From Escherichia phage EcNP1, in the sequence record NC_054910.1: a stretch of 64,000 bases of DNA. One strand, given 5' to 3'. How positions within the stretch are numbered: the stretch's first letter is position 1; each line of letters starts with the position of its first letter. Below the pieces are notes generated by a model. The model ran no database searches. It was not told where the DNA came from and saw nothing but the letters and a program-made list of their open reading frames with translations. Both the position numbers and the translations under genes were made by a program. Shown here one piece after another: positions 9,762-20,874 of this stretch.

Positions 9762-9954
9762 TACTTATAATTTCAACATCAGCCCAATGACCATAGCAAG
9801 GAAGACGAAATTCAATTGGCCAGTTAGGGTCCTTTTCTAATATAATAGACTTAACTTGCGGTTCTTCATGTTCATCGGTATACGGACCTTTATATGTTAC
9901 TTTATATGTAACCTTAATGTACTGAATTCCAAAAATCTTATTAATTATATTCAT
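9748..9954 (-). CDS. hypothetical protein (68 aa)
   Basis: Track ORF in overlapping co-directional array. Confidence 0.45.
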   Translation of the reverse strand: MNIINKIFGIQYIKVTYKVTYKGPYTDEHEEPQVKSIILEKDPNWPIEFRLPCYGHWADVEIISIENV

Positions 9955-10148
9955 ACTAATTCCTTTAATCCATAGATAGGAGATAATTCATCACCCATAC
10001 GAAGGTCTTCATTTCCATCTACCCAGGAAACAATATAAGCTTCTTTTATTTGAACGTCTCTCCATTTAAATGGAGGTAGAACCTTAGAAATTAATCCAGG
10101 TATACCGACTCCCTTTAATTCAACAGTTTGACCTAAAAAGAATTTCAT
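9951..10148 (-). CDS. hypothetical protein (65 aa)
   Basis: Track ORF in overlapping co-directional array. Confidence 0.45.
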   Translation of the reverse strand: MKFFLGQTVELKGVGIPGLISKVLPPFKWRDVQIKEAYIVSWVDGNEDLRMGDELSPIYGLKELV

Positions 10149-10486
10149 TAGAACCTCATCTGAAAACCGTGCGATTTAACATTACCGCCGCCAATGTCAG
10201 AAATGTTAATTTCACGCGCAATTGAAGGGTCAATGTCAATTTCACGATTGAGTTTAGTGATAGCTAGAGTATCACGCCCATTTACAGTACGGAACTCTAA
10301 GGGGCAGACTACATTGACGTAGTTTTTAATCGATTCACTGGTAGGTTGCAAATGAGCAGGAAGGTCTTTAGGCGCCTTAGAGAAAACTACTTCACAGAAA
10401 TTTTTGCGGGTATCAAAATAAGTAGTCATAAACACAGTATTTTCCTCAGTAAGGGGCCGAAGCCCCTGTTTTATTTTAAATATCAA
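10148..10486 (-). CDS. hypothetical protein (true start possibly internal Met near 10429)
   Basis: Track ORF; a GC hairpin with CGAA loop at ~10452-10470 lies inside the annotated 5' end, suggesting a later start. Confidence 0.45.
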   Translation of the reverse strand: MIFKIKQGLRPLTEENTVFMTTYFDTRKNFCEVVFSKAPKDLPAHLQPTSESIKNYVNVVCPLEFRTVNGRDTLAITKLNREIDIDPSIAREINISDIGGGNVKSHGFQMRF

Positions 10487-10841
10487 ATTCGTTAAGAACT
10501 ACATCAAAGATTGCTTCAAGATGCTCAGGTTTAGCTCTGTTACTCAGAATATGACGAATCCAAGTTTTAACCAGAAGCTTACGATTAACGCCGTTCCAGC
10601 AAGGATGGGTACCTAAATCACGTTGACGAAAATCATCATCTAATGCGATTTTAAAAGAAGAACCTTCTTTCGTGATTGAAACCGTGATGCCATTTTCAAA
10701 TCGCATATAAACGTAATTAGGAGTCATATACTGTTCAATTTCGCATACTGATCCATTTTGATGTTTCCAAAGGCAGATAGTATCAATAGAACCTGCAATA
10801 CCATTAGAAACATATTTACGTTCAAAGTTGATGTAGTTCAT
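10476..10841 (-). CDS. hypothetical protein (121 aa)
   Basis: Track ORF downstream of an early promoter. Confidence 0.5.
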   Translation of the reverse strand: MNYINFERKYVSNGIAGSIDTICLWKHQNGSVCEIEQYMTPNYVYMRFENGITVSITKEGSSFKIALDDDFRQRDLGTHPCWNGVNRKLLVKTWIRHILSNRAKPEHLEAIFDVVLNEFDI

Positions 10842-10867
10842 TTTTATTCTCCGAGATGTTTAATTGC

Positions 10868-10907
10868 GGTACAGGTATATAATATCATATCCTGTACCAA
10901 AGTAAAC
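10868..10907 (-). promoter_or_regulatory. T4-type early promoter with -10 inside an 8-bp inverted repeat
   Basis: Minus strand GTTTAC then GGTACAGG-(15 nt containing TATTAT)-CCTGTACC. Confidence 0.5.
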
Positions 10908-10909
10908 AA

Positions 10910-11242
10910 TTATTTTACTACTTTCCAGTGCTGCATGTCAAGTTTGCCAACTTTTTTCATCTTCTCAATTAAGCGTTCTGCACGTTGGCGAGCTGTAACA
11001 TAATACCATTCACCTAATTCATTTTGTTCAATTTTTCCAACGATTACTGTATTCAATTCATAAATCCAACCGGTAAAGAAATTATGAACTTGAATTGTAA
11101 AGGTGAAATCTGTTCCCATACCTTCTGTTGTTTCTACTTCAATAATATCACCTTCAACTGCCATTAAGAACCACATAGTTTCGTTATATTCACCATTGAA
11201 ACATTTAGCTTTAACCGCAGCGTTCAGATTAATCGTTTTCAT
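10910..11242 (-). CDS. hypothetical protein (110 aa)
   Basis: Track ORF. Confidence 0.5.
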   Translation of the reverse strand: MKTINLNAAVKAKCFNGEYNETMWFLMAVEGDIIEVETTEGMGTDFTFTIQVHNFFTGWIYELNTVIVGKIEQNELGEWYYVTARQRAERLIEKMKKVGKLDMQHWKVVK

Positions 11243-11269
11243 TTTATTCTCCTTTGTTTGTGTAAGATA

Positions 11270-11299
11270 ATATTATCACAAAGGAACCATACTGTAAAC
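11270..11299 (-). promoter_or_regulatory. T4-type early promoter
   Basis: Minus strand GTTTAC + ~18 nt + TAATAT-like -10. Confidence 0.45.
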
Positions 11300-11321
11300 A
11301 ACTTTGTGCAATCTTTGGAAA

Positions 11322-11347
11322 ATAAAAAAGGACTCCCGAAGGAGTCC
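11322..11347 (-). terminator. intrinsic terminator (UUCG tetraloop)
   Basis: GGACTCC-CGAA-GGAGTCC on plus; minus RNA has GGACUCC-UUCG-GGAGUCC followed by UUUUUU. Confidence 0.65.
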
Positions 11348-11352
11348 TCAAC

Positions 11353-11529
11353 TTATGCTTTCTGCTTACCAAAACGAGAAGCATCATCTCGAAGAACCGC
11401 ACGTGCTCGGCGCATGATCTTCTCAACAGTTTGATTGATACGAGAGTTCGACCCACGCTTGTAGCCAGCGCGTTTAGAATCACCAACTTTCTTTTCAACT
11501 GCTTTCTTTGCTTTAGCTTGTTTTGCCAT
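11353..11529 (-). CDS. small basic protein (58 aa; track ORF extended to 11571)
   Basis: ATG at 11527-11529 gives MAKQAKAKKAVEKK..., Lys/Arg rich. Confidence 0.45.
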   Translation of the reverse strand: MAKQAKAKKAVEKKVGDSKRAGYKRGSNSRINQTVEKIMRRARAVLRDDASRFGKQKA

Positions 11530-11649
11530 TATAAATTCTCTTTTAAATGAAAATGCAGGACTTATTGGCATTGCCTGCGCAAGCCCTCAAGGGGAACATA
11601 GGTTTTTGAATATTTAACGACCAGGATAACCATAAACCCGTCATCATAC

Positions 11650-11898
11650 TTACTTCAGTGTTACCACAAAGTGACGAACTGCTTTTCGTGCGGCAGAAGC
11701 CAAAGGCTTAGCATATTTAAGTTCATCTTTTTCCTGAAGCTCAGCAGCTAATGCAGTTTGAGCAGGATTCAGATGTTTGAAATAACGCAGGATTTCAAGA
11801 GCTTCGGCTTCAACATCAATAGATGCGCCATAGTTTTCGTGACCATTATTCCATGCGTTTCGTTGCAGTTCAAGAGCGTGTTGTAATTGTTTAATCAT
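11650..11898 (-). CDS. rIII: lysis-inhibition accessory protein RIII
   Basis: 82 aa (T4 RIII 82 aa); position between 30.x genes and gene 31. Confidence 0.7.
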   Translation of the reverse strand: MIKQLQHALELQRNAWNNGHENYGASIDVEAEALEILRYFKHLNPAQTALAAELQEKDELKYAKPLASAARKAVRHFVVTLK

Positions 11899-12045
11899 TT
11901 AAAAATTCTCGTTAGAGATTAAAACTCGGTAGTCACGTTCTTCTGAATTTCATCTTCTTTCGACAGATCTCTCAGTTGTAGACTACCACGTAGAATTGTT
12001 CGGTTAACTTATTATTCCGACACCCAATTCATATTATTATTTATA

Positions 12046-12381
12046 TCACTTATAAAGACACGGAATAGCTTTATAGTGACAGGTAACGAATTTTTGTTTA
12101 ATTTCTTTTGGCTGCTTAAGTCCCAGAGCTACAAAAGGATGCGGAACGTTTCGAATTTGACCAACTGGAAGAGAAGTCAAATCACCAACTTCGCAGAAAC
12201 CTTCAGGAACATCAGGACCAACGGAGTGAACTACACACAGTTCAGGAACTTCACCTTGAACACGTTTACCGATAATAAGTCCTGATTCTGTAACTTCTTC
12301 ATCACCGGCTTGCGCAGGTTCAGAAACTAAAATAACGTATTCACCGACAGCACGAATTGGTAGCTGTTGTACTTCAGACAT
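12046..12381 (-). CDS. 31: co-chaperonin gp31 (GroES analogue for capsid folding)
   Basis: 111 aa (T4 gp31 111 aa); position upstream of rIII. Confidence 0.85.
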
Positions 12382-12437
12382 CGTTTTTCCTTTTTGTTAA
12401 CAGATGAATTAATAATAACAAATAATTCTTAAAGCAT

Positions 12438-12746
12438 TTATTTACCAATAAATTGAAGCAAATGCTCAACTTTCATACCATTAACGGAAATCAATTTGTC
12501 AATAGAAAAACCTCGCCATGCACCAAGCTCAACATCAAATACTGGAATCATATCAGTAGATTCTTTCCGAGTAGATTCAGTCAATTTACCGGTTTGCATG
12601 GTTGGCATAAAATCGGCATCACGAGTACCTTTCATAGTACGAATAGTACCATCAGACTTTTCAAAAACTATGTTTGAAATACCCATGGACAATTTAGTTT
12701 TCAAAATTTCACGAATTGCTACTTTTTGTTCAGTTGTCAGTTTCAT
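12438..12746 (-). CDS. hypothetical protein (102 aa, 31.1-like)
   Basis: Track ORF. Confidence 0.5.
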   Translation of the reverse strand: MKLTTEQKVAIREILKTKLSMGISNIVFEKSDGTIRTMKGTRDADFMPTMQTGKLTESTRKESTDMIPVFDVELGAWRGFSIDKLISVNGMKVEHLLQFIGK

Positions 12747-12983
12747 TTATTTACCTATTACAGTTTTAATATGGGTTGTTCCACGTTCTTTAAGAGTGGA
12801 AAGCAATTTTTGGCATTTTTCTAAATCAGATTTCCAACTATACGGCCTATCAATACTAGTCCAATCAGTTTTATAATACTGTTTCCATTTAGAGAAAAAA
12901 TACTTCTTATACTCTACAGCAAATGAAATGTTCTCATTAGAATAAGAACTAATTGCTGTGAGCTGTACCAAACGAAATTTCAT
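12747..12983 (-). CDS. hypothetical protein (78 aa, 31.2-like)
   Basis: Track ORF; start overlaps cd stop. Confidence 0.5.
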   Translation of the reverse strand: MKFRLVQLTAISSYSNENISFAVEYKKYFFSKWKQYYKTDWTSIDRPYSWKSDLEKCQKLLSTLKERGTTHIKTVIGK

Positions 12984-13564
12984 TATTCACCACAGAATTC
13001 GTTGATATTTTCCCAGTTTAACTTATTTAAGTTTTTCTTAGGAACATTAAACACTTCAATACCTGCATTTCGCAGAATATCATCCCAGCCAGGTTTATTT
13101 TTATCGTATGTTTCGCAATAAACCAGCTTTTTAATACCAGATTGAGCTATCGCTTTTGCGCAATCTGGGCAAGGAGAAAGTGTTACATACATAATAGCAC
13201 CTTCAATTGAAGAACCGTTTCGTGCAGCAAACAAAATCGCATTTAGTTCAGCATGAATTTCATTTTTAGACGACCATTCAGAGTGCGCGCTACGGTGTTC
13301 TTTCGCCAAGACAAAACGATCAGTTGAACCAAACGATACACATTCAGGCTTATGACCTTGAATGATAGTATGTTTAGGCTTATTCAGCAACCAGCCTTGT
13401 TCAGCAGCATAATCACAGCAATTCACACCGCCTGCAGGCGAACCGTTATATCCAGTAGAAATAATACGTCCATTCTTTTCAATTACTGCTCCTACCTTCC
13501 AGGAGCAACATTTGGATTCTTGTGATACTAAATATGCAATTTGAAGTACTGTACTCGCTTTCAT
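12983..13564 (-). CDS. cd: dCMP deaminase
   Basis: 193 aa (T4 Cd 193 aa); zinc-deaminase motifs HAELNAI and SPCPDC. Confidence 0.92.
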   Translation of the reverse strand: MKASTVLQIAYLVSQESKCCSWKVGAVIEKNGRIISTGYNGSPAGGVNCCDYAAEQGWLLNKPKHTIIQGHKPECVSFGSTDRFVLAKEHRSAHSEWSSKNEIHAELNAILFAARNGSSIEGAIMYVTLSPCPDCAKAIAQSGIKKLVYCETYDKNKPGWDDILRNAGIEVFNVPKKNLNKLNWENINEFCGE

Positions 13565-13899
13565 TTCATAATCACCAGATAAGCAGATTTAGCAGTTTCA
13601 ACACGATAAATTTCATGACGAAGTTTAGTTATACTTTTAATAACAGAACTAATTATATTCTGCCCATCTTTAAAGCGGTTTTTCTTATCAATAAAAATTG
13701 CGCCAACCATCTTTTTGTGAAGCTCAACTGGATACTTCGTCACAATAATAGCATCATACACAGAAGGATGAATACTATTCACTAGAGTATCATTCATTAA
13801 AGTTATTCTAATGAACTGAGCTGTTTCAGAATCAAGCGCTCTATGATCGCCAGTATCATTTTCAAGACAATTATCAATTATATCAGTTAAATTCATCAT
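13561..13899 (-). CDS. hypothetical protein (112 aa)
   Basis: Track ORF, 4-nt overlaps with neighbours. Confidence 0.5.
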   Translation of the reverse strand: MMNLTDIIDNCLENDTGDHRALDSETAQFIRITLMNDTLVNSIHPSVYDAIIVTKYPVELHKKMVGAIFIDKKNRFKDGQNIISSVIKSITKLRHEIYRVETAKSAYLVIMK

Positions 13900-14132
13900 A
13901 GTACGCCATACACCCTTTGTGCTTCAACTAATCCATCAAAATCCAATTTGAGATGTGTTATTTGGTCACCATCGCCTGGATTCACAATTACTAATACTGA
14001 ACGAGGAGTTTCGGTAATAACACGAACCGACGTTTCAGGAAATCGTTCAGAAACCTTATTTACCAATTCTTGAGCAAATAGTTTAACTTTTTCTTGGAAT
14101 TCTTTAACAGTAATTGGTTTTTCACTTAGCAT
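13896..14132 (-). CDS. hypothetical protein (78 aa)
   Basis: Track ORF. Confidence 0.5.
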   Translation of the reverse strand: MLSEKPITVKEFQEKVKLFAQELVNKVSERFPETSVRVITETPRSVLVIVNPGDGDQITHLKLDFDGLVEAQRVYGVL

Positions 14133-14653
14133 GTTGATCCTAGCTCCTTACTTTCAACGTTTTTAACTAATTTGACAGAAACTAATTCAGCATCTTGAGT
14201 AATCATTACCGGACCTTCTTCATACTCTTCAAGATATTCTAGAGCTTTCTTTTTAGCTTCTTCCTTCGTATCAGTTTGAGCATAGATATAAAACATACAA
14301 CCAGTAATACCTACTACTTTCCACTTAATTTCTTTATCAGTTTTAATTTCAAATTTACTAACAGAATCATCTTTTTGAACTTCTTCGAAAAAAGAATATT
14401 CTAACATATAAGCAATTGAAAATAACGGACTAACTTTATAGGATTCACCCATTACATCAACAGCTTTATACCAACAATCATCAATTTCGCGTTTAATGCT
14501 AATAACATTTTTCGCAGGATCTATTTTTACTTTAAATGAATTTTCCCCAATAAACTGGGCAATTCGTTTATTAGCCCCGCAAGTTTCATTAAAAATATCT
14601 TTATATCCAGCTTTAAAGCGATAAACCTTATCTTCTTCAAACCATTCGCTCAT
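14126..14653 (-). CDS. hypothetical acidic protein (175 aa)
   Basis: Track ORF downstream of an early promoter. Confidence 0.5.
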   Translation of the reverse strand: MSEWFEEDKVYRFKAGYKDIFNETCGANKRIAQFIGENSFKVKIDPAKNVISIKREIDDCWYKAVDVMGESYKVSPLFSIAYMLEYSFFEEVQKDDSVSKFEIKTDKEIKWKVVGITGCMFYIYAQTDTKEEAKKKALEYLEEYEEGPVMITQDAELVSVKLVKNVESKELGSTC

Positions 14654-14675
14654 TTCAATTTCCTCATTTGTTTTT

Positions 14676-14714
14676 GGTAGAGCTATAATATCACAACTCT
14701 ACCGTAAAGTAAAC
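14676..14714 (-). promoter_or_regulatory. T4-type early promoter with -10 inside a 7-bp inverted repeat
   Basis: Minus strand GTTTAC then GGTAGAG-(TATTAT region)-CTCTACC. Confidence 0.5.
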
Positions 14715-14716
14715 TA

Positions 14717-14992
14717 TTAAATTGCCTTGAATTCTGATGTCTGTGATTCAAAGCGAATATCGCCTTTGATGACTAGCTCAGCATCAAGACCGAATACGAC
14801 GATGATATGCGCGGAACCTGGATACAGCGTAATTGCAATAGAATCCACTTGGTCTGGAAGCAAAGCGTTCAATACATGAGTCACTTGAGCGTGGATTCGA
14901 AGTTCAGCTGCATTATCAAGCTTTTCAAACATGTTATTAGCGATAATTTGGCTAAACACTACTTCTACGATTTTAGAGTAAGTCGGAAACAT
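14717..14992 (-). CDS. hypothetical protein (91 aa)
   Basis: Track ORF. Confidence 0.5.
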   Translation of the reverse strand: MFPTYSKIVEVVFSQIIANNMFEKLDNAAELRIHAQVTHVLNALLPDQVDSIAITLYPGSAHIIVVFGLDAELVIKGDIRFESQTSEFKAI

Positions 14993-14994
14993 AT

Positions 14995-15195
14995 TTACCT
15001 CACATAATTTTCTTCAAGCCAATCAATAACATCCAAAGCGTTATCAAAAATTGAACCATCTACTTTGTCTTCTGTTTCATAATCAAGAACATCTAAGCCT
15101 ACTCTTCCATCTACAATAGGCCATAAACAAAATAGATATTTCTTTTCTTTTTCAATTTTATCACAAAGTCGATAAATCTTTTCTAGATTATTCAT
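14995..15195 (-). CDS. hypothetical protein (66 aa)
   Basis: Track ORF. Confidence 0.45.
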   Translation of the reverse strand: MNNLEKIYRLCDKIEKEKKYLFCLWPIVDGRVGLDVLDYETEDKVDGSIFDNALDVIDWLEENYVR

Positions 15196-15384
15196 AAGTT
15201 TTCCATGGTAAAGGCAGTTTAGTTTTCTTTACTGTTAGTTCAACATCAGGATTCTTTTCTCTTAATTTAAGACATTCCTCCCAAGCTCTGTTTTCACTAG
15301 TGAAAACACAAAATTGCCCATTACTAGTACCAACTAAACCGCTATTTACAATAACAATAGACCAAGTTTCATGATGCCAAGCCA

Positions 15385-15385
<1 letters not shown>
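15188..15385 (-). CDS. hypothetical protein (65 aa)
   Basis: Track ORF; start adjoins pseT stop. Confidence 0.45.
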
Positions 15386-16603
<1,218 letters not shown>

Positions 16604-16607
<4 letters not shown>

Positions 16608-16834
16608 TTATTTTTCTCAACCAATGATTGAATATAATCATGCAGGTCTTTAGATGCTTTACCCCACTTATTTTGATATTCATTTTTAAGATTAGCCCGA
16701 GATTGAGCTAATAAAACGTCATTAGTTGGAGGTAAAGATTCTAATCGTTGAATCTGACGTCCATAAATCATTGCAGCCATCTCAGATTCATAAATCAATC
16801 CTTTGAGATGTTCAAATTGATGCCATGAAATCAT
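16604..16834 (-). CDS. hypothetical protein (76 aa)
   Basis: Track ORF. Confidence 0.5.
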
Positions 16835-17130
16835 TTACATTTATCCTCTTTTAGCTCTTGACGATAATAACATATCATAGTTTTTTGGTCATGTACATAT
16901 CGTTTTACATCATTAAGCCAAATACGAAATTCCTGGGAATCTTCAAATGGCATACCGACCCAAGCTTTACCATCAATAACTTTAACTTGCCAAGATAGTT
17001 TAGCTTCATCGTATGACTTTATTTGCACAGGCCAATTAGGATGAACTGTTTCTTTCTTTACTTCTAGAGGCTTTGTCGAACAACCAACTAGAAGACCAAT
17101 AGATAATATTACTGCTGATAGTTTAATCAT
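16831..17130 (-). CDS. o-spanin (outer-membrane lipoprotein, pseT.2-like)
   Basis: 99 aa; signal peptide with lipobox LLVGC; directly downstream of, and overlapping, an i-spanin-like ORF. Confidence 0.65.
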   Translation of the reverse strand: MIKLSAVILSIGLLVGCSTKPLEVKKETVHPNWPVQIKSYDEAKLSWQVKVIDGKAWVGMPFEDSQEFRIWLNDVKRYVHDQKTMICYYRQELKEDKCK

Positions 17131-17480
17131 TTAGAAAGGTCCTGGATGTCTTCTGCGAACTTGTTGAAGGAGTTGTTGATTTGTTTTTCAACCAATCCTG
17201 GCTTATGAGCCACCACATCCGCCTTCTTTGCATCTTTGCGCAGTTTTTCATTTTCACGCTCAATAGCAGCAATTGCCTCACGATTTTTATTATTCATCGC
17301 ATCAATATAATTATACTGAATTCGCAAATTATCTAATGCTAAAGCGTTTTCATTGGCCGTTTTTGTAATTTCTACAACAGACGTTTCTAATCTTTCAATT
17401 TTACTTTTTAAAATTAAAGAAGTTCCGCCCAATGCAATTACAATTAATAACAAGCCTGCTGTCGTATTACTTAATTGCAT
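17127..17480 (-). CDS. i-spanin (inner-membrane anchored, pseT.3-like)
   Basis: 117 aa; N-terminal TM helix AGLLLIVIALGGTSLIL then coiled-coil-like periplasmic region. Confidence 0.65.
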   Translation of the reverse strand: MQLSNTTAGLLLIVIALGGTSLILKSKIERLETSVVEITKTANENALALDNLRIQYNYIDAMNNKNREAIAAIERENEKLRKDAKKADVVAHKPGLVEKQINNSFNKFAEDIQDLSK

Positions 17481-17974
17481 AAAGTTTTAATAACCTCTAC
17501 AATATCGTCTTGAGAAAGACCGTTAATTAAAATATGATGTTCAGCCGGAGATTTAGAAATTTTAAAGCATGCCTCAACATCTTCTGCCATATCTGACGCG
17601 TTACGATTTGGATTACTAATTCCAAGACGATGTTTTCCCGTCAAAGGATTAACGATGATGTAGCATTTACAGTTGTTAATATGAACATTAGGTTGAGTCT
17701 GATTAATAAACACTTCACAATCATATTTAGCAAGCTGATTTTCTAAAAAGACTTTCATCTCCTCAACTGCATCAGGAAGCATATCACGGGCTTGCTCAAG
17801 ACGACGATTTCGATATTCTTTAATGGTCGTTTTCCGCTTGACTTGCTTAGCTAAATCTTTCTTAAGATCGGTGATATATCCAACTCGACGATTTCCTTTA
17901 AATACAGAAATCCCATCTGTAGTATCACCGTATGCTTCAACGACCATTTCAGTAGTAATAAGCTGTAAATCCAT
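17471..17974 (-). CDS. alc: Alc-like protein (transcription termination on dC-DNA), by position
   Basis: 167-168 aa matching T4 Alc size; position between gene 63 and the spanins as in T4. Confidence 0.55.
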   Translation of the reverse strand: MDLQLITTEMVVEAYGDTTDGISVFKGNRRVGYITDLKKDLAKQVKRKTTIKEYRNRRLEQARDMLPDAVEEMKVFLENQLAKYDCEVFINQTQPNVHINNCKCYIIVNPLTGKHRLGISNPNRNASDMAEDVEACFKISKSPAEHHILINGLSQDDIVEVIKTLCN

Positions 17975-17982
17975 CATAAAGT

Positions 17983-18035
17983 CCTCATGTTGTGTCAGTA
18001 AGTCTACTGTAACACAACATGAGGGACTTGTAAAC
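17983..18035 (-). repeat. copy B of dispersed ~60-bp element: 13-bp perfect inverted repeat plus GTTTAC box
   Basis: CCTCATGTTGTGT-(16 nt)-ACACAACATGAGG then GGACTTGTAAAC; near-identical to the element at 2285-2345. Confidence 0.7.
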
Positions 18036-18038
18036 AGC

Positions 18039-19626
<1,588 letters not shown>

Positions 19627-19653
19627 AATAAAATGGGCCTTGCGGCCCACTCC

Positions 19654-20823
19654 TTAAAAATATTTTTTAAAACTCATCATAACTTTATCATCAACATCAT
19701 TATCAATCTGTGCAACAAGGTAAGATGACAGTTCTACTTCTTGCGGCGCGGATTGAACATTATCAGAATTAAGATATTCACGAATCCAAGGATACGGATG
19801 TTTAACCGGAGCATCGGTAATTGGGCATGGAAGACCGCACTGTTTCATACGAGATACAGTTAAGTAATCAATAAAGCTCCACATGCTATTTGTATTTAAT
19901 CCAGGAACATCGCCATCTTTAAATAAATGAACTGCCCAGTCTTTTTCTTGGCGGTTAACTTCCATGAAAATATCAACTGCTTCTTGTTCACACTCTTGAG
20001 CAATTTTAACCCATTCATCACCATCTGTGCCAAGTTGAAGTTGACGAATAATATATTGGGTGCCTTTAAGGTGTAGCTGTTCATCACGTGCAATGAACTT
20101 CATAATCTTAGCATTACCTTCCATGATTTCCATGTTTTTATGGAAGTTAAAGGTGCATGCGAAAGATACATAAAAACGAATAGCTTCCAAGGCGTTGATT
20201 ACATGCAAGCAGAGGTAAAGAGATTTCATTAATGCTCGTTTAGTACATTCAACAACTTTGCCTAACTCTTCTTTACGAAATCCTTCTGATAAAATTCCTT
20301 CATAATCTTCAACCGCATTCTGATATTCACGAGTCTTAACTAGAACATCATCATAATAGCGACCAATGGACTCGGCACGTTTCATAATAGCTTTATCTAA
20401 TACAATCTCATCAAATACCTTTGACGGATCAGTATAAAGATTTCGCATGATATGAGTATATGAACGGCTGTGAATAGTTTCACTAAAAGTCCATGTAGCA
20501 ACCCATGTATCAAGACTTGGGTCTGAAATTAATGACATAAGTACAGCAGACGGTGCACGACCCTGAATGCTATCCAAAAGTGATTGATACTTCAGATTAT
20601 TAGTAAAAATATCTTGCTGATACTGAGGAAGCTTGTTAAATTGTGCAGCATCCATCATCAAGTTTACTTCTTCAGGACGCCAGAAAAATGACAACTGCTT
20701 TTCGGTTAAATCTTCAAAAACTTTATGACGTTGAATATCGTAACGCGCAATACCAAGACCTGAACCGAAGAACATAGGTTCTTTTAAAACATCAACTGGA
20801 TTTGTATTAAAAACTGTGCTCAT
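19654..20823 (-). CDS. nrdB: ribonucleotide reductase small subunit (uninterrupted)
   Basis: 389 aa (T4 NrdB 388 aa); continuous ORF, no intron. Confidence 0.93.
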   Translation of the reverse strand: MSTVFNTNPVDVLKEPMFFGSGLGIARYDIQRHKVFEDLTEKQLSFFWRPEEVNLMMDAAQFNKLPQYQQDIFTNNLKYQSLLDSIQGRAPSAVLMSLISDPSLDTWVATWTFSETIHSRSYTHIMRNLYTDPSKVFDEIVLDKAIMKRAESIGRYYDDVLVKTREYQNAVEDYEGILSEGFRKEELGKVVECTKRALMKSLYLCLHVINALEAIRFYVSFACTFNFHKNMEIMEGNAKIMKFIARDEQLHLKGTQYIIRQLQLGTDGDEWVKIAQECEQEAVDIFMEVNRQEKDWAVHLFKDGDVPGLNTNSMWSFIDYLTVSRMKQCGLPCPITDAPVKHPYPWIREYLNSDNVQSAPQEVELSSYLVAQIDNDVDDKVMMSFKKYF

Positions 20824-20874
20824 AAATTTTCCGCTTAGTTAATAGATAGTGACTCGTCCGTGAGTCAAATTATA

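Noticed and set aside
20850-20867. Short hairpin (TGACTC-loop-GAGTCA) between nrdA and nrdB
   Set aside because: Only a 6-bp stem with no U-tract; too weak to call a terminator or regulatory site.
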